From Selaginella moellendorffii (Eukaryota > Plantae > Lycopodiophyta): DNA of 64,000 bases. Shown in pieces: positions 45,371 to 61,606 of the stretch. Every line of letters begins with the position of its first letter. Position 1 is the stretch's first letter. Where the stretch lies: assembly GCF_000143415.4 (NCBI RefSeq), contig NW_003314263.1, forward strand, positions 2,482,041 through 2,546,040, given 5' to 3'. The notes under the pieces are model-generated. The model saw only the letters and a list, made by a program, of their open reading frames with translations. It did no database searches and had not been told where the DNA came from. The position numbers and the translations under genes are program-made.

Positions 45371-46624
45371 ATGGCGATGGCGATGAGCGTCTTCCTGGCG
45401 GGCCTTCAAATGCGGGGCATTCGCGGCTCTCTGGTGGGCGTTTATTATCCTTTTTTTCGGATCTAGTGCCATTCTTTTCACTCAGATAGAAGGAAAGCTT
45501 CGTTGCATTCTTGTTCCTTTCTCTTCGGGTTTTAAAAGCTGGAAGTGTTTTGTGTTGGATTTTTTTTTTTTTTTTGCTAGCTTGCAAACAAGGACACGCA
45601 TCGACCACTTCGCTGTTCTTCCAGCGGCGGCGATCAAGACACTGCTAGTTCCAGTTCCTACGCGAGCTTCGACTGGGATTCGGAGGCTCCCTCCGCCAAG
45701 GAGCAGCGCCGGCTCATTCGCAAGGAGCTGGCGAGGAAAGTCATGACCGAAGTTGTGAAGAACATGGAGGAAGTGGACTACCCGCTGTGGATGGACGACG
45801 AGGGCGATCCCGAGTGGAACGATGACGAGCCCGACGATGGGTGGGGATTCGACGTCTCCAAGTTCTTCGAGAAGCCAGCGGCGAAGAACTCGACCAAGAA
45901 CAAGCAGGACAGGAGAAATAGTTCTACTTCCAGTGCTGCTGCCACTTTGGAGAGTGATGGTTCAGACTCAGAGGCTGATTACGATGCGTGGGATCTGGAA
46001 GACAAGTTTCAGTGGATGGTGTGGGAGATCTCTCAGAGCGAGTGGCACGACGTTGTGTTTGAAGATAAGAGGCCTTTGCTGGTGTTGGTCTATGAGAGAT
46101 ATGGTCCCAGGTAAGTGGAGCTATGTTTCGAACTCCTTGTTCTAACTTGGTTTCATCTATTCCAGATCGAATGCTTGCTTTCAAACTTTGAAGGAGCTGG
46201 AGAAGGCAGTGAAGACTTTCTACGATAAGAAAAAGATTGCTCTAAGAGTACGTAGCTTTTGTATCGTTCTAGAGTTTCATATGCTTGATCTATAAGCAGG
46301 CTGCGAGGATTGACGCACAGAGAGATCGAGACATGGTCGCAGCTCTCAAGCTCGATAGCTTTCCTGCGTTGCTTGTTATAAGGGAGTCGAAGCTACTCCA
46401 CCGGATATATGGTAAGTTTGTGTGAGCAATTCTAAGTTTCTCTTCTTTTTCTTGCTTGTACAGGCTCTAGGACAGAGGATGAAATCCTCCAAGCCACAGC
46501 ACACTTTTTCCACGGAGCTCGAAGGCCTGCGTTTTTGGGAACCGGTTTAACAACCGTGGAAGCGGTTCCAGAGTGCAAGCCATCAAAGAAAAAGGAAAGT
46601 AAAGTCAACAAAGCTTTGGAATGA
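45371..46624 (+). CDS. MRL7: Plastid thioredoxin-like fold protein of the MRL7/ECB1/RCB-NCP family, multi-exon
   Basis: Transit-like exon 1 (45371-45433) splices in frame to 45581. WMVWEISQSEWHDVVFEDKRPLLVLVYERY, TLKELEKAV, ARIDAQRDRDMVAALKL..FP, GSRTEDEILQATAHFFHGARRP. No CxxC. Confidence 0.8.
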
Positions 46625-46678
46625 TGAATCCATGAATCTTCGCATGGTCTTAACCAGAAAACAAAAAATCTGAGTGAT

Positions 46679-48487
<1,809 letters not shown>

Positions 48488-48810
48488 TCAGTGTAGCTAG
48501 AAAACCAAGTCGCTCGATGCTCTTTCGTTGCTCTCTCGATCCTCTAGAGAATGTGTATCACAAAAAAGGACACCTAGCTATCACGCATGTGTTTCTAAAG
48601 ACCCGGTTGAGATATATACGTGCACGGATAAACACGCAGCGCGAGTAGTCAGCAGGAAAAAAAAAACTCCAAACGATTACGCTCACACCTCACAAGAATA
48701 AACAAAGAAAAATCCAATACGTTGCAAAAAATAAAACAGGTAGAAAACAAAGATCCAAAGAGGAAATGAAAATGCAATCGGATATGGACTAGCATGCAGG
48801 CCTGGATCGA

Positions 48811-49011
48811 GGATTTCATAGTTCTCCAGATGCGTTTTTGCAGATTGACGATGATTCCAGCGCCGTTGCCAACACCAACACCACCGCCGCCGCCACCTTC
48901 CGACCACCATCGCCATAGTCACTCGAAACTCGAGCAGTAGTAGCAGCGTGGAACGCTTGTACTGAGACTATTTGCTCTTTTTCGTTCTTACGCGTGGTTT
49001 ATGTAAATTCC
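48811..49011 (+). pseudogene. Duplicated 3' end of the RMR gene (marks the tandem-duplication junction)
   Basis: Aligns to 44412-44646 (GGATTTCATAG...CAGATTGACGATGATTCCAGCGCC...AACTCGAGCAGTAGTAGCAGCGTGG). Confidence 0.92.
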
Positions 49012-49506
49012 AAGATCTCGCAAGGAGCTCAATATGAGGTGCTGCCGGTGGAGCAAAGGTATAGATGAAGAGAGTGGATTGCAAATGATTCTCGGAAAAT
49101 TGCTACCCCAGCTCGAGCGACGACGAGGGAGACGATATATCGACCACATTGGCAGGGGAGTGGCCAGTGCTGTGACTCACGGCCATGTGAAGCTTAACAT
49201 GGATGCGTACAATGACAAAAACGAAGGTCGGCTATTTCTTTGCACTCTTTTCTTTTCTTCTTCGAACACAATCTTGTTGACGATTATGTAAGTCGTTGCC
49301 TTCACTTTCCTTTATGATTTTTTCCTCCATTTTTTCCTTTTTTTTCCTCTGGGAAACTAAAGCATGGCTTTCAGGATGAGGAGGAGGAGGAGGTAGAGGA
49401 TGAAAGAATCAAGCCTATCTTCTGATTGTGACTGCCAAACCCAGAGATGAAGTTGGATCCTCGAGGTAGTCATTTTTCCTGTGGCTTCGCTTTTCTCTTC
49501 CTGTAG

Positions 49507-51030
49507 AGATTGAACTGGTGAGCTTTCCAGAAATGTAATGCCAACAGTAAGCAGAGTTCTCTTAAGTCTCATACTACAGAAAATGACTGACAGACTTGTA
49601 CGTAGGTACAATCTGTTAGTTCAATCACAATGGCTTGTAACTCTATTTGCAAGCCAGCAGTTTATCGAGCAAAGTCAATTTGGTTCAGCTGGGTGTGCAT
49701 CACCTGAAGATTTTCTGGAGCTTAGCTTGCCGGACAGCCACTGCCTCTGGGAGGAGCCACTGACGATTGCAGATCGAAAAGAATGATGATGGATGGACAG
49801 ATGACATTCAACAGCAGGATTTGTGGCATGCAAAGTTATTTCCGGCAGGAGAAAGAACCGAAAAATGTCTCTTCGCAATGTGGCTGATGGGAGCCATACA
49901 GGTACTGAAACTTCCACAGGAACTTGAGACAGAAGTTTCGGCTCACATGGTGGTACCAAACTGCATTTCTCCGATCTCGCGCAAGTAAACTGAAGTTCCT
50001 GTCTATCAAGCCATCTTCACGGCAAACTCCTTTTAGTTCAGCGTGGAGGTCGTTCATGCACGAGAGCATTGCCCCAAAATCAGTGAACTCTTGCAGCTCT
50101 GCAAAATTGAGTCGTTTTGCAGCTAGCCACGCCTTCGAAATACTGGCAAACAACTTCGGGGACAAAAGTGATTTTTTTGTTTCTACGTGTCATATAGTGT
50201 GCTGGGAAGTAACTACTTCATCTTCAACCATCTACTGTAAGCCTTCCCGTTCGGCTTGACATCGTTGGAGTATTGAACGCAAAGGCTGCGTGCTCAACAT
50301 GGCAGTCTACTACCTGTTGGCTGCTCAAGAAGATTCCTGGCGTGAGTTTAAAAGCTCCTTTCGATGAGAACGATCCGTTTGGCCGCGCTGGTGGTAACAG
50401 GCTGGACGAGTCTCAACACTCGAGCGTCTGTTCCCCAGGGCAGTGGTCTAGGCACCTCGAGCATTCTAGCAGCTGCGGTACTCGAAGTGAGTGGCGGTAA
50501 CAAGGCAAAGGCAGCGTTGCAGCGCTGGTGTTGGTGCTAGAGCAACTTATGGGAACTGGAGGGCAAGTTGGAGGGATCTATCCTGGTCTAAGAGATCACG
50601 ACGAGCCTGCCATCGAAGCCACTCACATTTTCGGTCGAGACAGTAATTTTGCCTCCAGATGTTCGGGAAGAACTTGAGTATTGAATGCTCCAGTTTTCTT
50701 TTCTTTCTTTTTCCAGGTGAGACAAGGTTCTACAAAAAGTTGTCAAGCGCTACTCTGTCATCAATCCAACAAGCTGGCAAAACTGCAACGGGATGGTTTT
50801 GTCCAGCATGGGGATGATAATGCAAGAGGCATGGCAAATCCACCAAGAACTCGATCCCACGTTCTTGTCGATGCGATTTTCAAGAAGATCAGCCATCTTA
50901 GCTGCGGCTACAAGCTCGTAGGCGCTGGTGGAGGTGGATTTGCAATTGTTATGGCCAAAGAGGGGGACTCGGCAGGAATTATCAGAGAATTTCTCTCCTC
51001 CAGCTTCAAGGATTTCGAGCTCTACAGCGC
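49507..51030 (+). pseudogene. FKGP: Bifunctional L-fucokinase/GDP-fucose pyrophosphorylase (FKGP) pseudogene, heavily deleted
   Basis: LPDSHCLWEEPL, DLWHAKLFP, MWLMG, PFDENDPF, GHMP motif P.GSGLGTSSILAAAV, VLVLEQLMGTGG, GGIYPG, QVLQKVVKRY, AWQIHQELDP, GYKLVGAGGGGF; many frameshifts. Confidence 0.85.
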
Positions 51031-51099
51031 AGTGGCTATGATATCGGCTACGTTACATCGGCTACGTTTAGGAGTTGGAGAATCTTTTGTGTCCAGAGC

Positions 51100-52130
51100 T
51101 GAAGTCTTTTTTGAGCTTGTGCGGTGAGAATAAGTATTCTCTCCCGAGGATAAACGTTTCATGTAGCTTGCCTTCCACCAGCACTCCAAGTGCGGATTGT
51201 CAATGAAAGATGATACCAAAAACTCTTGAAAAAAGGCAAGGTCCACATTGTCTCTTCCCCAACGAATGTAAACCCTCCTCAAGCGGGAGTTTTTCACAGG
51301 TCAAAACATATTCGCATGACATTCATAAACACACCTTAATGCGTTCAGAAACTTCAAGTCTTGATGCATGAGTCATATCCAAGTGTAGCAAGCTCTCATT
51401 CACAAAAGCCAAGCACAAGAGTTCCTTGACATTTTTGTAATGCCACATTTGCATGATGCAGAGTTTGAATAACTTCATGAGCCTTCCTTGATAATACAAT
51501 CGCCATGAATTCCAGCTCTTGTGTAGGTTAGCTTTCAGAGCGAGGAAGACCTGATTGCCACAGGCGACTTCAAGCTGTAGCCTTCGGCAAGGATGAGCGT
51601 CTTGAGCAGCCGACAGTTGGATAGAAAACTTGAGAGGTCATCACTAGTCAAGCTGTGAGTCTGAGCTCCTGTATCAGAGAGAAGCATGAGTTCGTGTGAT
51701 CAAAAGCTTGCAGCCATGACAAGCTCAACTTCTCAAGCCTGTCACAACCTATAGCTTTCACAACAACGCAATCTCCTACAGGTTCAAATCCAGCTCCACC
51801 ATCACCATCCGTAACCAGAGTTTTACTTCCATATAGCTTACAGTCCTCTATAACTAGTACTTCAAGCTTCGGACACACTTGCACCATATCATCAAAATAG
51901 ACTTGGGTATGGAGGCAAAAGAACTGGAAGCCCAGTTTTGAATGCCATTTCCTTTGGTGTCATGCTTGAAACCATTCAAAACCTCCTAAAAACAAAAAAC
52001 ATCAAGTGTTGATAGATTTGTCAAGTTTTGTAAAATCAATGCCACTCACCTCTCTTTTTCAATTCATTACTATACTGCTTCCTCTATGCTTCATGATCAC
52101 CCACCAAAGCATGAGCATTGTGAGTTTTGA
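51100..52130 (-). pseudogene. LRR (F-box/LRR-like) gene relic
   Basis: MVQVCPKLEVLVIEDCKL, CDRLEKLSLSW, FLSNCRLLKTLIL; stops and frameshifts. Confidence 0.5.
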
Positions 52131-53440
52131 TGTGGGATGCTAACCTAACAAAATGTTTAGTTTTTTTTAAAAAAATTATTTTTTATTAATTTTTTTTTTC
52201 CAAAAAGGACCCTAAAATGCAAGTTATGATTCCATTTTAACACAGTTGGAGTAGTGGCATTTAATTGGGCATAATCCCATGTTATTAAAATCTTCACTTA
52301 TTTTTTTCGCAAAAGAATGATATGTTAGAGGTGTAACTATTGTGTAAAAATATATAACAGTCTACTAAAATAAATTAAGGTGTATTTTACTAAAGTTTTT
52401 GGACTTGATATTGAAGCATGTAGTGTTTGAAATGTTTATTTCCATGTTCAGGAACAAACTCATTAAATATTTATGGAGTAAATCATAAATGCCTTTTTGG
52501 TTTTACCTTCTACAACAAATCCACAAAGTTGGCATTTTGATAAAGCATTTACTTCTAAAATTAACATGAATTTAGATAAATATGATATCAAAGTTTATCT
52601 TTTTAAATACCATACCATTTAATGTTGTAAAAAATTTGTATTTTTATGCGATGATTGCGACTGTTTATAATGTTGGACTTGATGCTATATCAAGGATTCT
52701 TGGTTACAAGAAGCTTCATACTATTCAACTCACTTTTCACTATACTTTAATCAAATAATAAGTGAATTCAATATTACTAAGTTTTTTGTAACAAAAAATC
52801 CTCAATGTAATATAAGGTCTAGCACTACAAGTAGTTGCAATTATTGCTCAAAATATAAATTTTTAATTACATTGAATAATTTAAGAAGATGAATTTTAAT
52901 ATCACATTCATGTTTTTTATATCATCCAAGTATTTCCTCAATGTTATTATCTCATATTCATTTTAAACCACTAAATGATCCTTTATGGCCTACAAAAGCA
53001 TTCATATGTTGAGATTAATTAACATTTTATATACCATCTCCAGAAGCAAATGCCCCATGAAAATGTCAACTTTGTAAATTTGTTATAAAAGATAAAACTA
53101 AAAAGGCATTTGAAATTTATTTTTAATGAGTTTATTCTTGAATATGAAAATGAATGTTTAAAGTATTATATATTTCAATGTCATGCCTAAAATTTTTAGT
53201 AAATGTGCATTAAATTGCCATATATTTTTCCATATTAATTAAACCTCCAATTGTTAGAAGCATAAGCAAAAAGTTTGACAACATGGGACCATGCCTGCCA
53301 TTGCATCAAATGTGCCAAAATCAATAGCTAAACAGTAAAATACAATTGCTGGAATTACTAGAATCAATTAGTTGCATTTCAAGGCACAAATTAAGGTTTT
53401 TTGGGAATAAAAAAAGACAAGTATTTCATGAAACTGACCG

Positions 53441-54135
53441 CGTTCAGCAGCGGTCATCCCAGGCGAATGCAGTCGAGACTCACAATAGTCAGTTCTTGTG
53501 TGAGCTTTCGACTGGTATTGACGATGGGTGGGATTTGACGTCTCCAAGTTCTTTGAGAAGCCAGCGCAAAGACCAGTGCTGCTGCCACATTGGAGAGTGA
53601 TGATTCAGACTCAGAGGCTGTTTACAATGTGTGGGATCTGGAAGATAAGTTCCAGTGGGTGAGGGAGATCTCTCAGAGCCAGTGCACGACACTGTTTTTG
53701 AAGATAAGAGGCCTTTGCTGGTGGTCGCACGAGAGATATGGTATGTTATAGAACTCCTTGTTCTAACTTCGTTTGATCCAATCCACGCTTGCTTTCAAAC
53801 TTTGAAGGAGCTGGAGAAGGCAGTGAAGATTTTCTACGATTTCTTTAAGAGTACGTAGCTTTTGTATTATTCTGGAGATATATATGCTCGATCATAAACA
53901 GGCTGCGAGGAATGATGGGCAGAGATATCGAGACATGGATCTCGATAGCTTTCCTGCATTGCTCGTTATATGGGAGTTAACGCTGGTTATATGGTAAGTC
54001 TTTGTGAGAATACGTTTTCTCCTCTTTTTCTTGCTTGCACGGGCTCGGATCAAGCTACCACACACTTTTCCACGGACCTGCAACTAGTTTAACAACCGTG
54101 GAGTGCAAGCCATTAGAAGAGAAAAGATTTGGAAT
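53441..54135 (+). pseudogene. Deleted second copy of the MRL7-like gene
   Basis: Collinear with ~45615-46630 (GACGTCTCCAAGTTC, GAAGATAAGAGGCCTTTGCTGGTG, GCTTTCAAACTTTGAAGGAGCTGGAGAAGGCAGTGAAGA) with many deletions and stops. Confidence 0.92.
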
Positions 54136-54183
54136 GAATCTTCTAATAAGTCTTATTATACGAAAACAAAATGCTTGAATAGC

Positions 54184-55985
<1,802 letters not shown>

Positions 55986-56000
55986 CTAGAAAACCAAGTA

Positions 56001-56100
56001 TCTCGATCCTCTCTCAATGCCCTCTCGATGCCCTCTCGATCCTCTCTCGATGCTCTCTCGATGCCCTCTCGATGCTCTCTCGATCCTCTCTCGATCCTCA
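56001..56100. repeat. 11-bp tandem repeat (CTCTCTCGATG/C-type), about 9 units, upstream of GDH copy B
   Basis: Directly visible; only about 3 units at the paralogous position 48510-48546. Confidence 0.85.
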
Positions 56101-57342
56101 CTCACTGCTCTCTCGATAAGAACTCGTTCCTAAAGATCCGGTTAAGATTTATACGCGCACCGCACGGATATACACGCAGCGCAAGCAACAAGTCAGCAGG
56201 AGGGAAAAAAAAGGGACTCCAAACCCCAAACGATCACCTCACATGAAAGAAATCCATAAACAAAGATAAAGTCCAACACGATCAGCGAGGAAAAAATAAA
56301 ACAGGTCGAAAACAAAAGAGGATCCAAAGGGGAGATGTGAGAATGCAGCCCACCTCGCGCTTGGCCAAAACCCCACCTCCAAAGTGCGCCAAAAACGCTC
56401 CTTTCGCGCAGCTGATGATCACGAAACGCTTCTCGCTAGTGACAAAAATCTGATTAGGTTTCAACCATGTTTTTCACATTTGGACATTTCTTCGAATATA
56501 CTTGAATATTGACTAAAAGGGATGCCACGTATCAGATATATTTTAGGGTTCTTCAATCTCCCTATGGTTTTCGAGAATTCCGGACGGATCTTCTCAACGA
56601 GCAGCCTGCGATTCGGGACGCATTTGCGCGCAAGAACAAGGTATGGGATCGCCAATGCCATGCATCTTCTCTCTTTGTTTCTTCGGCAGCATGATATTAA
56701 GAAGAATCCAGCGTTCCGGGCTCTATGTTTTTCCTCTACTTTTTTCTTCGTCGAACTTCCCGAATCCGGGGAGCCAATCACGAGCGATGATTGTCTCAAG
56801 GTTTTCATTCGGTATGTTTTTCGTCTACCTTGTGAAAAAGGTCTTGATAATCTTGTCCAGGTTGTAGTCTCACAATGGAGGACTAATTGATCTCAACGAG
56901 CTTTTGCTTCTCGAAGGAGAGACGAACTTCACGGGAGCCAATCACTCAAGGTATCGAAAAAAGGAAAATACAGGACAGGAAAGAGTCGCTGGATCACATA
57001 TGTTTTCATTCTGCTCGTCTTTTTTTTCATTGATTTGTTTCCAATTGATGGGTTTGATTTTGCAGACTCGTTCAAGAAATGGTCCCATGACAGTATTGAT
57101 CACACAAAAGCTTTTGAAGCCTTACAGCGGATCTTTAACGTATCCAGGTCCATGGATTTGTTCTGGTTGAAGACGTAGAACGCGCTCTATTGTGGCTCGA
57201 GTGATCGATGCTTTGGGAACATGGGATGCTCTCACTTGTTTCTTTCGAACTCAAGTTCTAGCAATGCGGAAGAAATCTAAAAAGCTTTTCAAAAGTAACG
57301 AGCATTCGCTTTATATCAGTATCAACGGTGTTCATTTTGGAA

Positions 57343-58290
57343 TCAAGGAGCTAGCAAAGATGGTGCAAACAGAAAGATAGACTTCAAATGAAAAGCCCCC
57401 TGATTTTCATGACAACTCCAGGTTTTGGTCCTGTAATCGAAAAATACCTTACGAAACACAGACGAAACCAATACGGTGTCTTTGTAAGAACAGGCTCCAA
57501 GGCAGGAGTCGCCAATAAACCATGGTTCATACCTTCCCTCTTCAACAAAACTCATTGAGGCAGGATCCAACCTCATCAGCACCAATTCGAATAATCTTGG
57601 TCTTCCAATGTCAAATGTGAGGAAATGTGAGGTTGATGACACCGGAAAGGGACCTCGAAACCAACGCCATTCTTTAATCTCAAATGCCGCCATCCATTCC
57701 ATGGATCAGCTCATGTCTTCCAGGTTGAGGCACCACACCCCCCAATGCCCCCGCTGCGACACAACTTTGTTCCAAACCAAGGGAGGAAACTCCAGCGATT
57801 GGGAAGAGGTTTGCTACTCCACATCCCTGATCTTGAATCATATATGTTAATGTCATATGAATATCTTACACATAGCCAGTAATGTTGCATAGATGACTGT
57901 GTAACTGTAACACATGCACAAGGATTGGGTTCGAATCTTTCAAGCCTAGGCAGTTTTGGGAGCGCCTTTAGAGCTGGTGAGCGGATTGATAACAATGAAG
58001 TCACAGCTCCTCTTTCCAAAGAGTAGTCCGCCATAAGCACTGATAACCCTTATATTCTGCTCTAAGAGTATGGGAACCCAATCCTTGTGTCCTTCTCCGG
58101 CAACAAATGGATTGCATATATAGACGACTCCTACATCATTCTGAGTGACACCCAAAACACGAGGAGGGCAGCATATTTCTTGGCTCCTGGTATTCTATAT
58201 GGACTTTTGCAAAGCTTGGTGAATCTATTAGATCTCTCCAGTGTTTACACACTGCTCATGCAAAACATCTTCAACAATCATATATATACC
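57343..58290 (-). pseudogene. F-box/kelch-like gene relic
   Basis: Degenerate VEDVL...CV, then YICNPF, AYGGLL, FIVINPLT / LPKLP, IYDSRSGMW, FFDYRTKTW, ending LFAPSLLAP; split over three frames. Confidence 0.65.
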
Positions 58291-58888
58291 TTTAACCCTA
58301 CCTTCCATGGTTATTAAGGCATTTGCCCTTTAAAAAAGGCCCCAAAAGGATTTTAAACATCATTGAAATTTTGTTTACTTTAGATTCCTCCATGCTCTAT
58401 AAAAGATCCCTTTTCAAACTTTCGAATATTCTTTCTACAGCAATCCCGCCTTTTTCCTTCAAGCTTTCTCCTTTTCTTTGGCGGCCTTCTTGTCGCGCTC
58501 CTTCAATTCATGCTGGACCCAGTTCAGCATAAACACGTATGGATCTGCGCGTATCGATCAATAGCGCTGAGAATTATCCCGAAGACTGGGCAGGAATGGG
58601 GAGGAATTGGATGAAATTCGATGGGAAAATCTTACCGGCGGGCTGGGAAGTAAACATACAAGTGAGGAATTGGAACATCATCGTGTGCACATCGGATCTA
58701 CAGGTGTAATCTTCCATCGCCGCGCGCCGTGGGTTCTTACGCTTCTCGTCTTCCATCGCGAGAGAGAACCGAAATGCCTTCCCTAATTTGGACGGTGGAG
58801 ATAAGGAGCTGAATGGACGGCCTACGATGAGCGGCATTGTTTTGTATAGCTCCAGATGTAGGGCTGGAGACTGAGTTGGATCACCGCG

Positions 58889-61223
58889 ATGTTCTCTCGG
58901 CGATCTCGAGAATTCAAGTCTGGCGAGTCGAGATTCTCCACCGGATCGGACAGCGATGTCAAGATCGATGACAGCACAATCCGAGCTGTGGAGACCTCTC
59001 TCCGCGAGGCGCTCACCCTCAATAACGAGGTATGGCATTTCTTTCCTGCTCGCCGCATCGATCGATCGGACAATTAGGAAGCGAGAGCTTTGCTGGGAAG
59101 AATCGAGTTCCAGAAGGAGGATTTCCAGTCGGCTTTGCATATCCTGGAAGGGATCCAAGTCGACAATATATTTCCTCGCGTGAAGTTCTTGGTCCCGGCC
59201 AAGAACAAGCACAAGCGAGGGAAAATTCGCAGTGAGATCGTCAAACACCAGCGTCGCAGCGATGTTCCACAGCCGCTAACACTACAATCGGCAATCCTTC
59301 TTCTGGAAGGAGTCTACCTCAAAGTGATGTCTCTGGAACACCTTGGTCGATCATCAGGTATGAAAATTCTATAGCCACTTTCGTTTTCTATCCTTTCTAT
59401 GGACACTCTTGATGCTGTGTTCACAGGTTTTACGTTGCTTATTTCCTTGCAGACGCTGCTGAAGTGTGCAACTTCTTGGTCGAAAGTTTTGATGCAACGT
59501 TTCCTCACGGCCTTCCTGATCATCTAGCCGGCACGAAGATCCAAGAGTTTTACAACAAGGTCTTGGAGTTCTTGCCCGAGTTTTTCAAGCGAGAGGGACA
59601 CTATGCCGACGCTGTGGTGTCGTATAGAAAAGCTCTACGCAGCCACTGGGAGCCCGGCTCGAAAACTCTGTGCTCCTTGCAACTTGGCTTGGCCGTGTTA
59701 CTCTTATACGGTGGTTTCGAAGCGCCACCTTGCCCGAGTGGTGTCTACGAAGGAGACTTTGTTCCAAGCAACAGTGTGGAAGAGGCCATCTTGTTGCTGA
59801 TAGATGCTGCGACGAAATCCATGGTCGCTAGGACGCCGAGGTGCCTGGAAGTTATGGAGCATCTCTGCTTTGCTCTAGCGACGTGCGGGCATTTCGAAGC
59901 ATTGGCACAGCAGTACGAGAGTGTGGTTCCGGGGATTTATAGCAGAACAGAAAGGTGGTTTAGCCTTGCGCTATGCTACATGGCCGCCAGAGATAACAAG
60001 GAGGCTTTGAATCTACTTCGGAAAGCTCTCGGGGAAGTGGAGAGGCCCAACGACGTTTCTTCTCTACTGCATGCGGCATCAATCTGCTCGGGGAGTGCGA
60101 GGCTTGCTCCAGAGGGAGTGAAGTATAGCCAGAAGGCGATAGACAACGCTAAAGGTGAAATGGAGTACTTGAAAGGCAAAGCTTGGCAGGTTCTCGGGAT
60201 CGTTTTGAGCGTCAAGGCCAGAGCTGCTGCGTCAAATGCTGAGAGGTCTGCGATCACCAAGGAGGCTCTTTCAGCTTGGCACGAGGCTTCCAAGCTGGAG
60301 CGTGTTGATGCCAAGACGCTCTTCCACTTCGGCCTGGTTCACGCAGAAGAAGGAAATCTCAGGGTGGCCATGAAGAGCGCGAAGAAGTTTCTTGAAGTAA
60401 GCTGTGCGTCGGCAACAGGATGGAGGTTCCTCGCTCTCGTGCTGTCTGCGCAGCAGAGGTTTCGCGAGTCGGAGCTTGTGATTGATGCCGGCTTGGAAGA
60501 GGTGAACTCCTGGGAGCAAGGGGAGCTGTGGCTCACGAAGGCGAAGTTACAGGTTGCTCAAGGCAAACACCTCGATGCACTGGAAACTTACAAGCTACTC
60601 TTGGCACTCTCGGCTGAGAAGAAGGTGACCTCTTATTCGATCTAAGTTTATGGCAGAACTAAGCGAGCTATTGTATCCATTACAGACGAGCATCCCCGAG
60701 CTGACCGTGTGGCGAGAGATGGCCGATGCCTGCATAGCTTTGTCTCAGTGGAACGATGCAAAAAATTGTTTGGAAAAGGCCAAGTGTTTGGACGTGGCTT
60801 GCGCGGGTACTTGGCATGGATACGGTAAGCACCTAATCGAGAAACTCCATTGATATAAACTCGCGGTTTTTTCTTTTCGAACCAGGTTTGTTCTTCATGG
60901 CTCAAAGCAAGAGCGACGAGGCACTAGCAGCATTCGACACTGCTCTCACTTGCGACCCGGAGTACGTAGAGAGCAAAGTCCAGATTGGAGCTGTGCTAAG
61001 CGGCTATGGTGGAAAGTCCCTTCCGGTGGCCAGGAGCTTCCTCAATGACGCTCTCCGGCTTGAGCCCAGGAATCCATCGGCGTGGTTCCATCTCGGGGCC
61101 GTGCACGAGATGGAAGGCCGGATGGAGCAAGCCGCCGAGTGCTTCCACACAGCTTACATCCTCGACCAGTCTCTCCCGGTGGAGAGCTTTGGAACTCTCC
61201 TGGAGATCAAGAGGGGACAATAG
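58889..61223 (+). CDS. NPGR: NPG1/NPGR-family TPR protein (TTC7/YPP1-like), multi-exon
   Basis: ETSLREALTLNNE|EARALLGRIEFQ..DFQSALHILEGI, AILLLEGVYLK..SLEHLGR, FVPSNSVEEAILLL, WRFLALVLSAQQRF, SLPVARSFLNDALRLEP, PVESF. Confidence 0.92.
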
Positions 61224-61367
61224 AGCGCTCAAACTTTTCAGGCTTTGCAACTCTCCTGGAGACCGAGAGGGGGCGATAGAACTCTCTCTGGATCAAACAA
61301 TTCAAAGAACAGTGGAGAGCTTTGCAACTCTCCTGGAGATCAAGAGGGGACGATAGAGCGCTCAAAC
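61179..61367 (+). repeat. Triplicated NPGR stop-codon region
   Basis: 56-bp copies at 61179-61234 and 61312-61367 (2 mismatches) with a more diverged copy at ~61242-61285. Confidence 0.9.
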
Positions 61368-61606
61368 GATTCAAATTATAAAAAGGAATAAAATGGCGGT
61401 GTCGAGACTTCGAATATTCCAACACGTGGCGTGTCCTTATTGGTTGGGGATCCTCCCATTGCAGTTGGCAAAATCCCACGCTAGGGCCAGTGCCGGCGCT
61501 GGAAATGGCCTCGCGGAGTTGCGCTCCAGGGATGGATTCCTCGCGAATGATCGCTGTTTCCTTGCGAAATATCGCCGATCGATGAGATTCTAGGGGCGAC
61601 CGCGGG

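Noticed and set aside
52823-52831. CACTACAAG, resembling a CACTA transposon terminus (also CACTACAC near 1520)
   Set aside because: No matching inverted terminus, subterminal repeats, 3-bp TSD or transposase seen.
52150-53400. Long AT-rich stretch
   Set aside because: No ORF, termini or repeat structure that I can support; left unannotated.
56400-57300. Short ORFs and splice-like signals upstream of GDH copy B
   Set aside because: Could be another gene relic, but I recognise no motif, so it cannot be supported.
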